64,000 nt of DNA, from contig JAYYUG010000097.1 of NCBI GenBank assembly GCA_036344135.1, positions 8,034 to 72,033 on the forward strand. The letters are read 5' to 3'. Origin of the DNA: Pseudomonadota bacterium. GTDB lineage: Bacteria > Pseudomonadota > Alphaproteobacteria > MED-G09. A program made the position numbers and the translations under genes. The notes beneath the pieces were generated by a model. The model made no database searches, had not been told where the DNA came from, and saw nothing but the letters and a program-made list of their open reading frames with translations. Shown in pieces: positions 1-10,196 of this stretch (positions within the stretch are counted from its first letter, which is position 1; each line of letters starts with the position of its first letter).

Positions 1-1096
1 TAGTTGTTGCTCTTTCAACCCATTCCATATTCGAGGTATAGAGACCGGCTTGCCATTGCAAATTGCTGTCAGTAGTAGATGTTAAGCGAATTTCTTGAGT
101 AGTAGTTTCAAATGTTTCATCTTGTCGAGCGTCAAGCCACAATTCTGGTTGAAGGTCAACATCTGTTAATCGTTTAGCTTCTGTGTCTGTATAAGAAGTA
201 ATTGAAGTTACATCATATCCATCTAATTCCCAAACAAGTTCAAGATGAGCACCAAATGTTTCCTTATCATTATTAGATTTTGTGTCGATATCATTGATAA
301 AAGGATATTCAAAATTAGGCGGAGTTCCTCTCTCCATAGCCCAGTTATTATTAGGCCCATCATATTGATTAGATCTTATAGATGCATAAAGTGACAAATT
401 ATCAGATATAGGTCCAGCGACAGAAAGTCGACCTCCACTTTCTTCATATCCAGCAACACTTTCATCATCTTTAGTTGGATTGTACATAAATCCGTCATCT
501 TCTCTTGTAAATGCAAAGAGACGTGCTGCCCAACCATCGCCAAATGGAACATTAATTGAACCCTCAACATCTCTTGAGCTTTGTTCACCTACCATTATTT
601 TTACATTACCGCTTACAGCATCTGGAGATGGTCTAGTGCTAATAAACTTAATTGCACCACCAATATTGCTTCCACCATATAAAACGCCTTGTGGACCCTT
701 TAATATCTCTATCCTATCCAGATCACCAAACCTGGAAGAGGCATCACCAAAAAGCTGGACATCATCAAGATAAAAACCTACACCCTGAGTAAGACTAAAC
801 GCACCCATACCTCTCATAGTAACATTCGGCCAGCCATCCGTTCTTGTGTTTAGATTGAAATTAGGAACTGTCATGCCAATCTTATCAAGAGTTTTCATAT
901 TATGTTGGGATATAGTTTCACCTGATATTGCAACAACGGTTTCCGGAATATCTAAAAGACTTTCTTCCCTTTTTCTTGCAGTAACAACAATTTCTTCGAT
1001 TGTTACTATAGATGATCCTTCTGTCACATCAGTTTGTGCGTGTGACTCAATATTGACTAATGACAACAGCACAAACACAATAATTAATATTTTCAT
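1..1096 (-). CDS. TonB-dependent receptor, partial: N-terminal signal peptide, plug and start of barrel; C-terminal part runs off the left window edge
   Basis: Minus-strand ATG at 1096 preceded by GGGAGGG RBS; translation MKILIIVFVLLSLVNIESHAQTDVTEGSSIVTIEEIVVTARKREESLLDIPETVVAISGE is a classic TonB-box/plug N-terminus; not in ORF track because it lacks a stop within the window. Confidence 0.75.
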   Translation of the reverse strand, partial: MKILIIVFVLLSLVNIESHAQTDVTEGSSIVTIEEIVVTARKREESLLDIPETVVAISGETISQHNMKTLDKIGMTVPNFNLNTRTDGWPNVTMRGMGAFSLTQGVGFYLDDVQLFGDASSRFGDLDRIEILKGPQGVLYGGSNIGGAIKFISTRPSPDAVSGNVKIMVGEQSSRDVEGSINVPFGDGWAARLFAFTREDDGFMYNPTKDDESVAGYEESGGRLSVAGPISDNLSLYASIRSNQYDGPNNNWAMERGTPPNFEYPFINDIDTKSNNDKETFGAHLELVWELDGYDVTSITSYTDTEAKRLTDVDLQPELWLDARQDETFETTTQEIRLTSTTDSNLQWQAGLYTSNMEWVERATT

Positions 1097-1200
1097 TAAA
1101 ATACCCTCCCAGACTATTATTTGTAATTATTATAGATCAATTATTATTTACATTCCTTAAAATTCTAATATTTATTGTGTATAATTCTTGAAAAGCAACT

Positions 1201-1566
1201 TTACATTGCAGCAAAAACCAGCTTGTTCCCGTCCAAATCTCTAAAATAGCCTCCGTAAAAACCATTTCCACGATCCCCCGGAGGTCCTTCGTCTGTGCCT
1301 CCTAATTCTATGGCTTTTGCATATAAAAAATCAACTTGATCAGGTGTCTTAGCGCTAATTGCGACCATTCCTCCATTTCCGATAGTGGCATCTTTTTTGT
1401 CATACGGTTCAGCAATTGCCAGCATTGGTTGGCCGGGGCCGGTACCCCAACCAATAAGCCTCTCGTTTTCAAAAGCTCTTTTCGCTCCAAGCTCACCTAA
1501 TAAGGCATCATAAAATTCGGCAGCACGTTCTTTATTATTTGTACCAATGGTAACATAACTTATCAT
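1201..1566 (-). CDS. VOC (glyoxalase/bleomycin-resistance/dioxygenase) family protein
   Basis: 121 aa; MISYVTIGTNNKERAAEFY...LDGNKLVF pattern typical of single-domain VOC fold proteins. Confidence 0.8.
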   Translation of the reverse strand: MISYVTIGTNNKERAAEFYDALLGELGAKRAFENERLIGWGTGPGQPMLAIAEPYDKKDATIGNGGMVAISAKTPDQVDFLYAKAIELGGTDEGPPGDRGNGFYGGYFRDLDGNKLVFAAM

Positions 1567-1645
1567 TAGAAATCTCCTGAGTTAAAACTTAAATTTCTTT
1601 TATAAATAATTATCCAAATAATTGAAATAACAGATTCTTTTTGTA

Positions 1646-2716
1646 TTAATCTATATAGAGATCAAATATTTGTTTTAATGGAATTAACTTAAAATTCTGA
1701 TTAACTTTTCTTTCTCCTGAAGTGTAAGGTTCGGTGTCGAGATAATTGACATTAGAATCGTCTTGAACAATAAAAATTCCTTCTTCAAAACGTGTACCTA
1801 AATTTTGAGAAAAAGCCTCTATGCCGTCAGTATTTGAAACAGCATCAATATCATTATTTCTTCCAATGGCAAATCTTCCTAGATATTGATTTGTATCATT
1901 TGCATTATAAACCACAAAATCGCTAGAACCTTGTGAGGAGGCAATTAATAGTTTGTCTTTTCCGCGAGTGGCAAGAGCTAAACCTTCGGAATCCCCATTA
2001 ATGTGGCCACCCTTTTTTATGCTTTGATCAATTTGTGTTACTTCTACATTCTTAGAATTAATTTCTGTTTTATAAATTCCGGTCTCATCATCTTCTTGAG
2101 AAAAATATAAAATACCATCATCATCGTCAGCAACACAACCTTCTGAAATCGAACCGGTTCGTATTTTTCTGACCATTTTTGCTTTAGCGGGAACGAGTGA
2201 AAGAAGTTCGAACTGATAAATAGATTTAGACTTCTCATCGCTTACAAAAATATATGTCTTATTATTTATTTTATTTTTGTACAGACATAAACCATAAATG
2301 CTTGAAAGACGGGTCTTTATTTCGTTTTCTTTGTATCGTATAAGTTCTCCATCCTCAGTAATCAAAAATAATTTTACTGTATTATTATCTCTTTTTGATC
2401 CTGCCATTAAAGATATATTTTTGTCATCGAAAGAGAAACCTGACCGTATATCAATATTATTAATTCTTCCTGCTGGAATGAAATCTAAACGAACGCCATT
2501 TAAAGAGAACGCATGAATCCCAGCTTTTTTATCCGTACCAAACACAACACTTTTTGAAGGTCGGTTTTTGTTAAACCAGAAAGCAGGATCATCAGCAGCA
2601 TCACCCCAAGAGTAAACTGAATCCGTTTCTTCCTCAGGAAGGATAAGCTCAAGACTATAAGCATAAGGACTTAAAACAAAAACGATTATAAATAAGATTA
2701 AAAATTTAATTTTCAA
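1646..2716 (-). CDS. Beta-propeller phytase (3-phytase), secreted
   Basis: Signal peptide; strong matches to Bacillus PhyC motifs: GDAADDPAFW (DDPAIW), TDKKAGIHAFSLNG, NNIDIRSGF, LIASSQGSSDFVVY, QNFKLIPLKQI. Confidence 0.85.
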   Translation of the reverse strand: MKIKFLILFIIVFVLSPYAYSLELILPEEETDSVYSWGDAADDPAFWFNKNRPSKSVVFGTDKKAGIHAFSLNGVRLDFIPAGRINNIDIRSGFSFDDKNISLMAGSKRDNNTVKLFLITEDGELIRYKENEIKTRLSSIYGLCLYKNKINNKTYIFVSDEKSKSIYQFELLSLVPAKAKMVRKIRTGSISEGCVADDDDGILYFSQEDDETGIYKTEINSKNVEVTQIDQSIKKGGHINGDSEGLALATRGKDKLLIASSQGSSDFVVYNANDTNQYLGRFAIGRNNDIDAVSNTDGIEAFSQNLGTRFEEGIFIVQDDSNVNYLDTEPYTSGERKVNQNFKLIPLKQIFDLYID

Positions 2717-2768
2717 TTAATATTACCTCAAAGGAGCTTAATTTATCACCTTATAAACGAAAAAAATA

Positions 2769-4208
2769 TTAGTCTTTTTCAATACCCAAAGTGTCGAGAG
2801 CCTCTTCGTGAGAAGATTTTGAAATATTGTAAAAGAAAATACATGAAATAGATGCTAGACTTAAAAGGGGTGATAAAATTGCTTGAAAATACGCCAAACG
2901 GTAAATAGGCTGTTGCATTTCCAGTACCGTAGGATTCTTTACATCAAATCCTACAATTTCTAAAAGTATACCAACAATCACCACACCTAAACCACTAATT
3001 ATTTTTTGAATAAATCCATTAGCAGATAAGTAAAGTCCCTCATCTCTTCTACCTGTCTTTAGTTGACCATCTTCGACGACATCAAAAACCATTGAAATCA
3101 CTAGTATCCAACCCGCAGTTCTTAAAAAATAACCTACACATAAAAAGAGAATAATTAACCACCATAGAGCATCTGTTCCATTTTCAGGGAATAGCTGAAT
3201 AGGAACATAAGGGTCTAACAATCTTAACCATAACGGCATTGGTTCTATGATAAGATTTAAAAGGAACAGCCCTATTGCAAAGTTTTTTTTGCTTTTTCCT
3301 TTAGCCAAAGGAGCAGCAAAAAATCCAGCCAAAACGACTGGAAGAGCGATAATAATCGGAAATAATTTAATTTCCTCTGGTGTCCATTGCCAAAAATAAA
3401 TACTAAAATATGTATCTAAGCTTGAAAATATTCCAACATTTAGAGCTAAAATAATTCCGCCAATAAAAAGGATTAACCAATTCCTATTGGAAAGAGATTC
3501 AAATATTTCTTTCCAGAATTGAGAAAATTTAAAAGGCTTTGGTTCTGGCTTAACCATATCGGGTATATGTTTGTGTGTTGAGTAAGCTGATATAAAACCA
3601 AATACTATAATTAAAAAACAAGCCAAAAGACCAAATTTTGGGTATGCATCAGGGTTTAAGAAGGCTCGTGGACCTGAAAATGTTTCGGTTTCAACAAGAA
3701 AGTAAGCTAGCATTATATAGCTCATAATTCCTAACCCCATGTTTCCGTAAAGGACTCCATAACCACTTAAAGTGTTTCTCCTTTCATAAGCAGTAATTAA
3801 TTCAGGACCAATAGCTGCTCTTGGTGTTTCATAAAAAGTAAACAATGTCCTTAAAAGGATTGCTGACACTAATAATTTTATAAAAAGAGTAGATTGGGAA
3901 TTGTCAGAAGGAGTTGAATAAAGATAATAAGCACATAAACCGAAAGGTATTATTGATAGATAAACAAAAGGATGTCTTCTACCCCATTTCGAACGAAAAC
4001 GATCTGACCAGGCACCAACCAAAGGGTCTGAAATTGCGTCAAATACTAAAGCGATAGCAAGTGCGTAGGAAGCAAGTAAAGGCTCAAGCCCTAGAATCTG
4101 ATTAAAGTAAACAAGCAGCCATGATCCAAATAAGACATTTTTAACACCGACCGCTCCTGAGCCCAGCGTATAAAGATGTAGGGTGTTATTTGTAACTTTT
4201 TTATTCAT
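2769..4208 (-). CDS. MFS transporter, glycoside-pentoside-hexuronide (GPH):cation symporter family
   Basis: 12 predicted TM segments; GPH signature D-x-(x)-R-x-x-WGRR-x-P (DRFRSKWGRRHPF) after TM2. Confidence 0.8.
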   Translation of the reverse strand: MNKKVTNNTLHLYTLGSGAVGVKNVLFGSWLLVYFNQILGLEPLLASYALAIALVFDAISDPLVGAWSDRFRSKWGRRHPFVYLSIIPFGLCAYYLYSTPSDNSQSTLFIKLLVSAILLRTLFTFYETPRAAIGPELITAYERRNTLSGYGVLYGNMGLGIMSYIMLAYFLVETETFSGPRAFLNPDAYPKFGLLACFLIIVFGFISAYSTHKHIPDMVKPEPKPFKFSQFWKEIFESLSNRNWLILFIGGIILALNVGIFSSLDTYFSIYFWQWTPEEIKLFPIIIALPVVLAGFFAAPLAKGKSKKNFAIGLFLLNLIIEPMPLWLRLLDPYVPIQLFPENGTDALWWLIILFLCVGYFLRTAGWILVISMVFDVVEDGQLKTGRRDEGLYLSANGFIQKIISGLGVVIVGILLEIVGFDVKNPTVLEMQQPIYRLAYFQAILSPLLSLASISCIFFYNISKSSHEEALDTLGIEKD

Positions 4209-4212
4209 TTAT

Positions 4213-5535
4213 TTAATTTTGTTTTTTTAATTGAGCCTGAATTTTTGAGTGCATCTCTTCAGTAATAGGGTATTTCCATATTATGGCTACAGCCAATAAG
4301 AAAAATATAGAAGGCAAGGTAGAAAATAAGAACTTAAGTCCAAATAACTGACTTGAATTGTTGTAAACATCTGGCCCAGTATTGAAACCGATCCAAGCTA
4401 ATGCAGTTAATGCAATCCATGTTCCAACAGAGCCAGTCATTTTCGAAGTGAATGACCATGAAGAGAAGAATAAACCAGATCTATTCTCTCCGCTTTTTAA
4501 TGTATCAAGGTCAATAACGTCTGCTTTCATAGAATTAGGTAACGCAGCAAAACCACCTGCCGAAAATCCTGTTACTACAGTAATTGGTAACATCCACCAG
4601 AAATCTCCTTCTCCTAAAAAAAGATAGAAAGGATGTGCTAAAGCTATCATTGTAAAACTGCCAATGTAAGCTCTGTGTTTCCCTATTTTTTTTGATAACC
4701 AAACCCAAAAAGGCACAGCTGCAAAATTAGTTAGATAGAAGAAAGTAAGCATATAAATAGCCATAGCTTCTGCTTTTAGAACATAGGTAATAAAGAACAG
4801 ATATAGTGGTGTTGTTATGGAAATAGCAATTCCTCCAACCATGAAAGCCAGAATTAATCTTTTAAAAGGAGCATTCTCTAACATTAGTTTAAAACCTTTT
4901 ATGGGCGAAATAGTTGATGGAACATGTTCTTTGGATTCTGGAACATTAGCTACGGTTAAGAAAACACAAATAGGCATAATAATTACCATAGCAATTCCAA
5001 CAATATAGAGAACATTTGCGCTTCCTCCAAAACCAAAAAATAGTAAAGCTATTGCAGGTATTAATTGAGCGCTTAAGCTACCAACTACTCCCAACATGGA
5101 TCGCCAGCCTGTTATTCGTGATCTTTCATTATAATCAGAGGATAATTCGGCGCCCCAAGCATAATAAGGGATTATTAACATTGTTGTCGCTATTGAAAGA
5201 AGCATCATCCATATAAAAAGATGGGTAGCGCCAGACCCTTCTGGTGGTAGAAAGAGCATAAAAATACTTATCATCATTAAAGGGGTCGCGAGTACTATCC
5301 ATGGTCTTCTTCTACCCCATCTCGTATTTGTTCTATCATTTATATAACCAAATATTGGATCAGTGATGACATCAAAAATACGTACAAGTAGGATGATATT
5401 AGCTGCAAGAATTAAGGGAACACCCATCTCGCCGGTATAGAATTTAGGAATAAAAACTAAAATTGGGAACAAAGCAATATTAATAGGCATTTCTGTTAAG
5501 CCGTAATAGAATAAGGTTGATCTTTTAAGTTTCAA
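4213..5535 (-). CDS. MFS transporter, GPH:cation symporter family (tandem paralog)
   Basis: Signature DRTNTRWGRRRPW; multi-TM; 4-bp gap to downstream paralog suggests co-transcription. Confidence 0.8.
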   Translation of the reverse strand: MKLKRSTLFYYGLTEMPINIALFPILVFIPKFYTGEMGVPLILAANIILLVRIFDVITDPIFGYINDRTNTRWGRRRPWIVLATPLMMISIFMLFLPPEGSGATHLFIWMMLLSIATTMLIIPYYAWGAELSSDYNERSRITGWRSMLGVVGSLSAQLIPAIALLFFGFGGSANVLYIVGIAMVIIMPICVFLTVANVPESKEHVPSTISPIKGFKLMLENAPFKRLILAFMVGGIAISITTPLYLFFITYVLKAEAMAIYMLTFFYLTNFAAVPFWVWLSKKIGKHRAYIGSFTMIALAHPFYLFLGEGDFWWMLPITVVTGFSAGGFAALPNSMKADVIDLDTLKSGENRSGLFFSSWSFTSKMTGSVGTWIALTALAWIGFNTGPDVYNNSSQLFGLKFLFSTLPSIFFLLAVAIIWKYPITEEMHSKIQAQLKKQN

Positions 5536-5619
5536 TTTTAGTACTCTCTAGAATACAGACTACATTTTATTTTCTAAATTGGTAGATCAAATACAAATAC
5601 TAATTAATGGAGTTAGAAT

Positions 5620-6654
5620 TTGAATCTAGATAATAAAGAAAAAAATAATAAATGGCTAAATCAAGTTGTGGAACCAATTCTCGAACCTGATTTACCCATA
5701 ATAGATCCCCATCATCATCTTTGGCCAGCACCATGGGGGAGAAGTAAAATACCCGTAGAATCTTATTATCTTTTAGAAGATCTTTGGAATGATACCCAAA
5801 GTGGACACAATATTGTCAAAACAGTTTTTGTTGAATGCGGCCAGGGTTATTATCTAGAAGGTCCAGAATCCTTGAGACCTGTTGGGGAAACTGATTTTGT
5901 TCTTGGTATAGCTAAAGAAGCTCGGCAAGATACTTCGAAAGCTCAAATTGCTGGAATAGTAGGTCATGCTGACCTGATGCTTGGAAAATCAGTAAAGGAA
6001 GTACTCGAAGCACATCGAGAAAAAGGTGGGGGTCTTTTTAAAGGTATTCGTCATGCAGCAGGATGGGATCAAAACGAAGAAATAAGAAACTCTCACTCTA
6101 GACCTATAAGACACATATATCTTGATGATGACTTTCAAAAAGGTATAGAACAATTAGAGAGTTTAGATATGAGTTTCGATGCTTGGCATTATCATCACCA
6201 AATCAAAGAATTAACTCTATTAGCCAAAACATTCCCAAATTTAATTATAATTCATAATCACTTTGGAGGTCCCTTAGGAATTGGTCCATACGAAGGAAAT
6301 AGAGAAAAGATATTTAGTCAGTGGAAGGAGGATATCTTTGAATTATCTGGTTGCAAAAATGTTGTTTCTAAGCTTGGAGGTATGGCGATGCCAATTAACG
6401 GGTGGGATTGGCACAAAACAACTAAACCCGCCACATCAAACGAGTTAGTGCTTGCTCAAAAAGAATATTATTTACATGTGATAGACTCATTTGGATCGGA
6501 AAGATGTCTATTTGAAAGTAATTTTCCAGTAGACAAACAATCGATATCCTATCCGGTTCTTTGGAATGCCTTTAAGAAGCTGACTTCCAATTTTAGTGAG
6601 AAAGACAAAAATCAACTCTTTTATGAAACAGCGGCTAGAGTTTATAAAATATAA
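5620..6654 (+). CDS. Amidohydrolase-2 family metal-dependent hydrolase (TIM barrel)
   Basis: N-terminal IIDPHHHLW metal-binding motif characteristic of PF04909 (LigI/ACMSD-like); only in-frame start is TTG at 5620 with GGAG 8 nt upstream. Confidence 0.75.
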   Translation: MNLDNKEKNNKWLNQVVEPILEPDLPIIDPHHHLWPAPWGRSKIPVESYYLLEDLWNDTQSGHNIVKTVFVECGQGYYLEGPESLRPVGETDFVLGIAKEARQDTSKAQIAGIVGHADLMLGKSVKEVLEAHREKGGGLFKGIRHAAGWDQNEEIRNSHSRPIRHIYLDDDFQKGIEQLESLDMSFDAWHYHHQIKELTLLAKTFPNLIIIHNHFGGPLGIGPYEGNREKIFSQWKEDIFELSGCKNVVSKLGGMAMPINGWDWHKTTKPATSNELVLAQKEYYLHVIDSFGSERCLFESNFPVDKQSISYPVLWNAFKKLTSNFSEKDKNQLFYETAARVYKI

Positions 6655-6664
6655 TAGTTTAAGA

Positions 6665-7759
6665 TTAACCTGCAGACTTTAAAGGAGCCCATGCAAGCAA
6701 TGTTTTGTCATTTGATTTTGAGTTTGGAACAAGCTTACATCCGCCCTCTTCAGCCATAGCCTTATAATCTAACCAAGATACTACCGCTTCAACTGGAGTG
6801 CCTGGTCCAGAATCAAAAACTAATGGGCCGTAAATATTAGCAGTATAGATCAAATCCTCGTCAGTAACCCTTTGCGTTGCATCGTGCCTAGCTCCAGCAG
6901 GCTCATAGAACCATATGCCTGGTCCATAACCTTCAGCAGGTCCTGCGCGAACACCTAAAGCTCCACTCAATACCAAGAAATCACTTGCACCAATATGTGT
7001 ATGCGGAAGGGCAACACCGTTATGTCGAACAATCATTGAAACAAAACCTGTTTCTTCGCTAACACGCAAAAGCTTGAGACCTACATCTGGCATTGTAGGC
7101 ATTGTAAACCATGGTACATCTCTTGTATCAACAAAATGAGGATGAGAAATTTCTGAAGACAAGACCGAGCCTGCGTCCGAATCCACTAATGTAGCTGCAT
7201 TTGATGACGCAATAGCAAGAGGTTCTCCTGGACCATTATAAGTTTGAGATCCTCTCTCCCAACATTCTGATGATGAATTAGGAACAAGCGAAATATTTTT
7301 CTTTTTAGCGAGGCTCATTAAATCAGTTCCTGTTAAAATCGATTTTAAAGAACCATCTTCTTTTAAAAAGGCTACCGCACTATAAAAATTCGCTAATACC
7401 TCTGCTTCTTCATGAGCAGTAATTGAATTCACTTTAGAATTAGCCGAAATGAAACCCCAAGTACCAGGCGCTAAGATACTTTCTTTGTCTTCTTCAGTAT
7501 AGCCAAGTTGGCCTGATAAGACGAGAAGATCCATACCACCTAAATATATTGAGCTCGGAAATGAAGATCCTTTGTCTAATTTAAAAATCATAGAAAACAT
7601 TCCACTTTCAGGACTTACCCTAATTGGCTTAACAGATAGGCCCGGTACATCTTCAATAGGTATCCAAGGTAATTTATTTGTATCAATGGATCCTTCAGCG
7701 CCATTTGGATTGTGATCAGGATTAAATTGTTCCGTGCTTTCACTCATGTTGTCCCCCAT
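6665..7759 (-). CDS. Cupin-fold protein with two cupin-like halves (possible dioxygenase)
   Basis: Two repeated halves each with His-rich metal motifs (e.g. HNGVALPHTHIGASDFLVLSG, NSKVNSITAHEEAEV); no closer assignment possible by eye. Confidence 0.5.
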   Translation of the reverse strand: MGDNMSESTEQFNPDHNPNGAEGSIDTNKLPWIPIEDVPGLSVKPIRVSPESGMFSMIFKLDKGSSFPSSIYLGGMDLLVLSGQLGYTEEDKESILAPGTWGFISANSKVNSITAHEEAEVLANFYSAVAFLKEDGSLKSILTGTDLMSLAKKKNISLVPNSSSECWERGSQTYNGPGEPLAIASSNAATLVDSDAGSVLSSEISHPHFVDTRDVPWFTMPTMPDVGLKLLRVSEETGFVSMIVRHNGVALPHTHIGASDFLVLSGALGVRAGPAEGYGPGIWFYEPAGARHDATQRVTDEDLIYTANIYGPLVFDSGPGTPVEAVVSWLDYKAMAEEGGCKLVPNSKSNDKTLLAWAPLKSAG

Positions 7760-7878
7760 AAATATAATTTTTAAATTATATTAACTATTCCCATGTGTCA
7801 AAGTTAGGTTACTGAAAATTCAGGAAATTTATTGAAATTTTATCTTTATGTTAAGATCAAAATAAATTCAGATTTCTT

Positions 7879-8316
7879 TTAAATTGAGTAATCTTGAAGC
7901 ATTTTTTTTAGTTCGATAGTATGTTGTTCTTCTTGACCTATCATCGTTCTGGCATATTCTTCTAAATAAACAGAGGCGTTTTCTACCAAATCAAGAAGGC
8001 TTTTGTAGAGATTTAAAGCGTGCACTTCGTGTTCTAAACTTTCTTCAAGAATGTCTTTAATAGAATGTTTGTTGCTTTCTTCTATTGGAGTTATTTTTTG
8101 GCTAGGATGACCATCTAATCCAGTAAGAAGCTCTCCGGCCTGTTGAGCATGTAAAAGTGATTCATTTGCCTGACCTTGAAGAAAGGCAACAATTGGAATC
8201 CTATGAGGACCTGTAACCATAAGGGAGGAATGAGTATAACGAACTACACCCGCTAACTCATATTCCATTATAGAATTCAGAATCTCACATATCTGTTTTT
8301 CATCAATTTGCTTCAT
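7879..8316 (-). CDS. Ferritin-like diiron protein (bacterioferritin family)
   Basis: 145 aa; ExxH pairs (ANESLLH, ESLEHEVH) spaced as in bacterioferritin four-helix bundle. Confidence 0.5.
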   Translation of the reverse strand: MKQIDEKQICEILNSIMEYELAGVVRYTHSSLMVTGPHRIPIVAFLQGQANESLLHAQQAGELLTGLDGHPSQKITPIEESNKHSIKDILEESLEHEVHALNLYKSLLDLVENASVYLEEYARTMIGQEEQHTIELKKMLQDYSI

Positions 8317-8425
8317 AAATAAGCTCCAAAAATAGATATAATATTGCCTATTTACATTAAAAAATTTATAAAATCATTTCTTTTCTGTGCTACTGCATAT
8401 CAGTCGCAAAAAAAAATAAGTCTAT

Positions 8426-9589
8426 TTATTTATGGGATACAGGGAGTTTCGATCTTCCCCAAAACAGAAAAGGTCCTACACGTTCGCCATCATCCACTAG
8501 TCTTAAATTTGGAAATCTTCTACGTAAGGCATTAAGAGCAATCCTTGCCTCCATTTTGGCCAACTCTTTTCCAAGACAAACGTGAATTCCTACACTAAAA
8601 GATAAAACCTTTTTGCCATCTCTACTTACATCAAAAACGTTCGGATTGTTAAAAACTTCTGGATCCCGATTCGCCGCACCATAATGCATCATAATTTTAG
8701 TGTTTTTCGGAATTATTGAGCCTTCAATATCAACATCTTTTGATGTGGTTTTAAACAAACCCAGGATTGGTGGATCAAAACGTAAGCTTTCGCTGATCGC
8801 ATCTTCAATATTAATTTTATCTTCAATAAAATCATTCCAAAGATTATCAATAGATAATAATCGCCAAACAAGATTGGAAATTAAAGATGTGGTTGTTTCG
8901 TTTCCTGCAACAAAAATTTGTCTCGTCAATTTAACAGCCTCATCTTTAGACAAATGTTTTGAATCTATTTTTGCATGAGCAATTCTTGATAACAAAGATT
9001 CTTCTTCTTTTTCATTTCTTTTCAGGAGCATCAAATCTAATAAATATTTATCCATACACTGTAATTCTTCCTCAAAGTCATTCGGGTTATCACTGCACAT
9101 CTGTGCTATTGAAGCGTCTGCCCATTTCTTAAATTTATTAATATCGTCGGTCGGAATTCCTAAAATTTCACAAATAATAATGACCGGAAGAGGAAAAGAA
9201 AGATCGTCATGCAAATCCCAGACTTCCTTATTTTCAACTTTATTAAGCAGCTCATCGGCTATATCTTCAAGTCTCGTTTTCAAATTTTTGATCGAACCCA
9301 TAAGAAAGTCCGGCTGAACAATTCTCCTGATATATGTGTGATGAACTCCGTCCGATAAAATCCCGTTCGATTCTACAAAATTAGGACCATTACCAAAACC
9401 TTCAATAAAGGTTTCGGGATCCCTCAGAGCTGAACTGACGTCGTTATGGCGCGAAAGGATGTAGAATGGAGGATTGAAAAGATCGTAATAATAGGTGCGA
9501 TCTCCCCTTAAAAGTTTTTCCGCAGAGATGGATGGATCAGCAAGTTCTTCTGGACTCATTAAATCAATTGTATTATTCGTCTCGCTCAT
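8426..9589 (-). CDS. Cytochrome P450
   Basis: Heme-thiolate loop FSVGIHVCLGKELA (FxxGxHxCxG); AGNETT oxygen-binding helix motif; ExxR (ESLR). Confidence 0.9.
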   Translation of the reverse strand: MSETNNTIDLMSPEELADPSISAEKLLRGDRTYYYDLFNPPFYILSRHNDVSSALRDPETFIEGFGNGPNFVESNGILSDGVHHTYIRRIVQPDFLMGSIKNLKTRLEDIADELLNKVENKEVWDLHDDLSFPLPVIIICEILGIPTDDINKFKKWADASIAQMCSDNPNDFEEELQCMDKYLLDLMLLKRNEKEEESLLSRIAHAKIDSKHLSKDEAVKLTRQIFVAGNETTTSLISNLVWRLLSIDNLWNDFIEDKINIEDAISESLRFDPPILGLFKTTSKDVDIEGSIIPKNTKIMMHYGAANRDPEVFNNPNVFDVSRDGKKVLSFSVGIHVCLGKELAKMEARIALNALRRRFPNLRLVDDGERVGPFLFWGRSKLPVSHK

Positions 9590-9723
9590 ATCGCTAAACC
9601 AGAATTTGATTCATAAAAAAAATATTTTTCGTCACTTGATAGATTCTCCTTTGTGAACTTTAATACAAATGGTTATTCAAGAATTGTCAATCCCTCAAGA
9701 AAAAACTTATATAGGAGAAAAGA

Positions 9724-10143
9724 ATGACTTTTAAAGGGCCGGTTGAAGATAGACTAGCTATACATGAGCTGGTTATGAGTTATGGTGATGCGGTAACTAG
9801 AAAAGACGCAAAAGATTGGGGTAAAACTTGGGCAGAAGACGCAATATGGAGAATTCCACATTTTCCACTCTTAGAAAAAGTTAAGGGACGCGAAGAGATA
9901 GTAAGGCTATGGTCTCAAGTAATGGAAGATTACAAATATATTGTCTTTACGGCAGTTTTGGGATCGCTATCAATTGAAAACGATACCGCTAAAGGGGTTA
10001 CATACACCACCGAAACGGGTATGGATATTAAGGATAATAAATTACGAACACATGGCCAATACGAAGATGAATTTATAAAAAAGGATGGGAATTGGTACTT
10101 CTTAAAGAGAACTTTCTCTATCCTTCATCAGGATCGATTATAA
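9724..10143 (+). CDS. NTF2-like / SnoaL-like (SnoaL_4) protein
   Basis: 139 aa; paralogous (~40% id by eye) to 32562..33035; DRLAIHELVMSY...WAEDAIW motif typical of SnoaL_4. Confidence 0.6.
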   Translation: MTFKGPVEDRLAIHELVMSYGDAVTRKDAKDWGKTWAEDAIWRIPHFPLLEKVKGREEIVRLWSQVMEDYKYIVFTAVLGSLSIENDTAKGVTYTTETGMDIKDNKLRTHGQYEDEFIKKDGNWYFLKRTFSILHQDRL

Positions 10144-10149
10144 AAAAAA

Positions 10150-10188
10150 GACCTTGATTCCAATAAAAGGAAGCAAGGTCAATTTTTT
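10150..10188. terminator. Bidirectional rho-independent terminator between convergent genes
   Basis: Perfect 7-bp stem GACCTTG(10150-10156)/CAAGGTC(10174-10180), preceded by A8 and followed by T6. Confidence 0.5.
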
Positions 10189-10196
10189 CATTCAAT

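Noticed and set aside
376-1160. ORF-track ORFs 376..588(-), 480..773(+), 846..1160(+)
   Set aside because: They lie inside or antisense to the partial TonB-dependent receptor gene that occupies 1..1096 on the minus strand. They are low-complexity translations with no motifs.
1308-5216. Short ORFs 1308..1496, 2044..2238, 2298..2516, 4382..4627, 4817..5008, 5016..5216
   Set aside because: All are embedded in or antisense to well-supported longer genes (VOC, phytase, MFS transporters). Such ORFs are typical AT-rich frame noise.
5620-7759. Convergent amidohydrolase and cupin genes separated by only 10 bp
   Set aside because: Checked for a frameshifted fusion or a misassembled junction. Both ORFs have independent stops and coherent domains. 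Tight convergent packing fits the compact genome.
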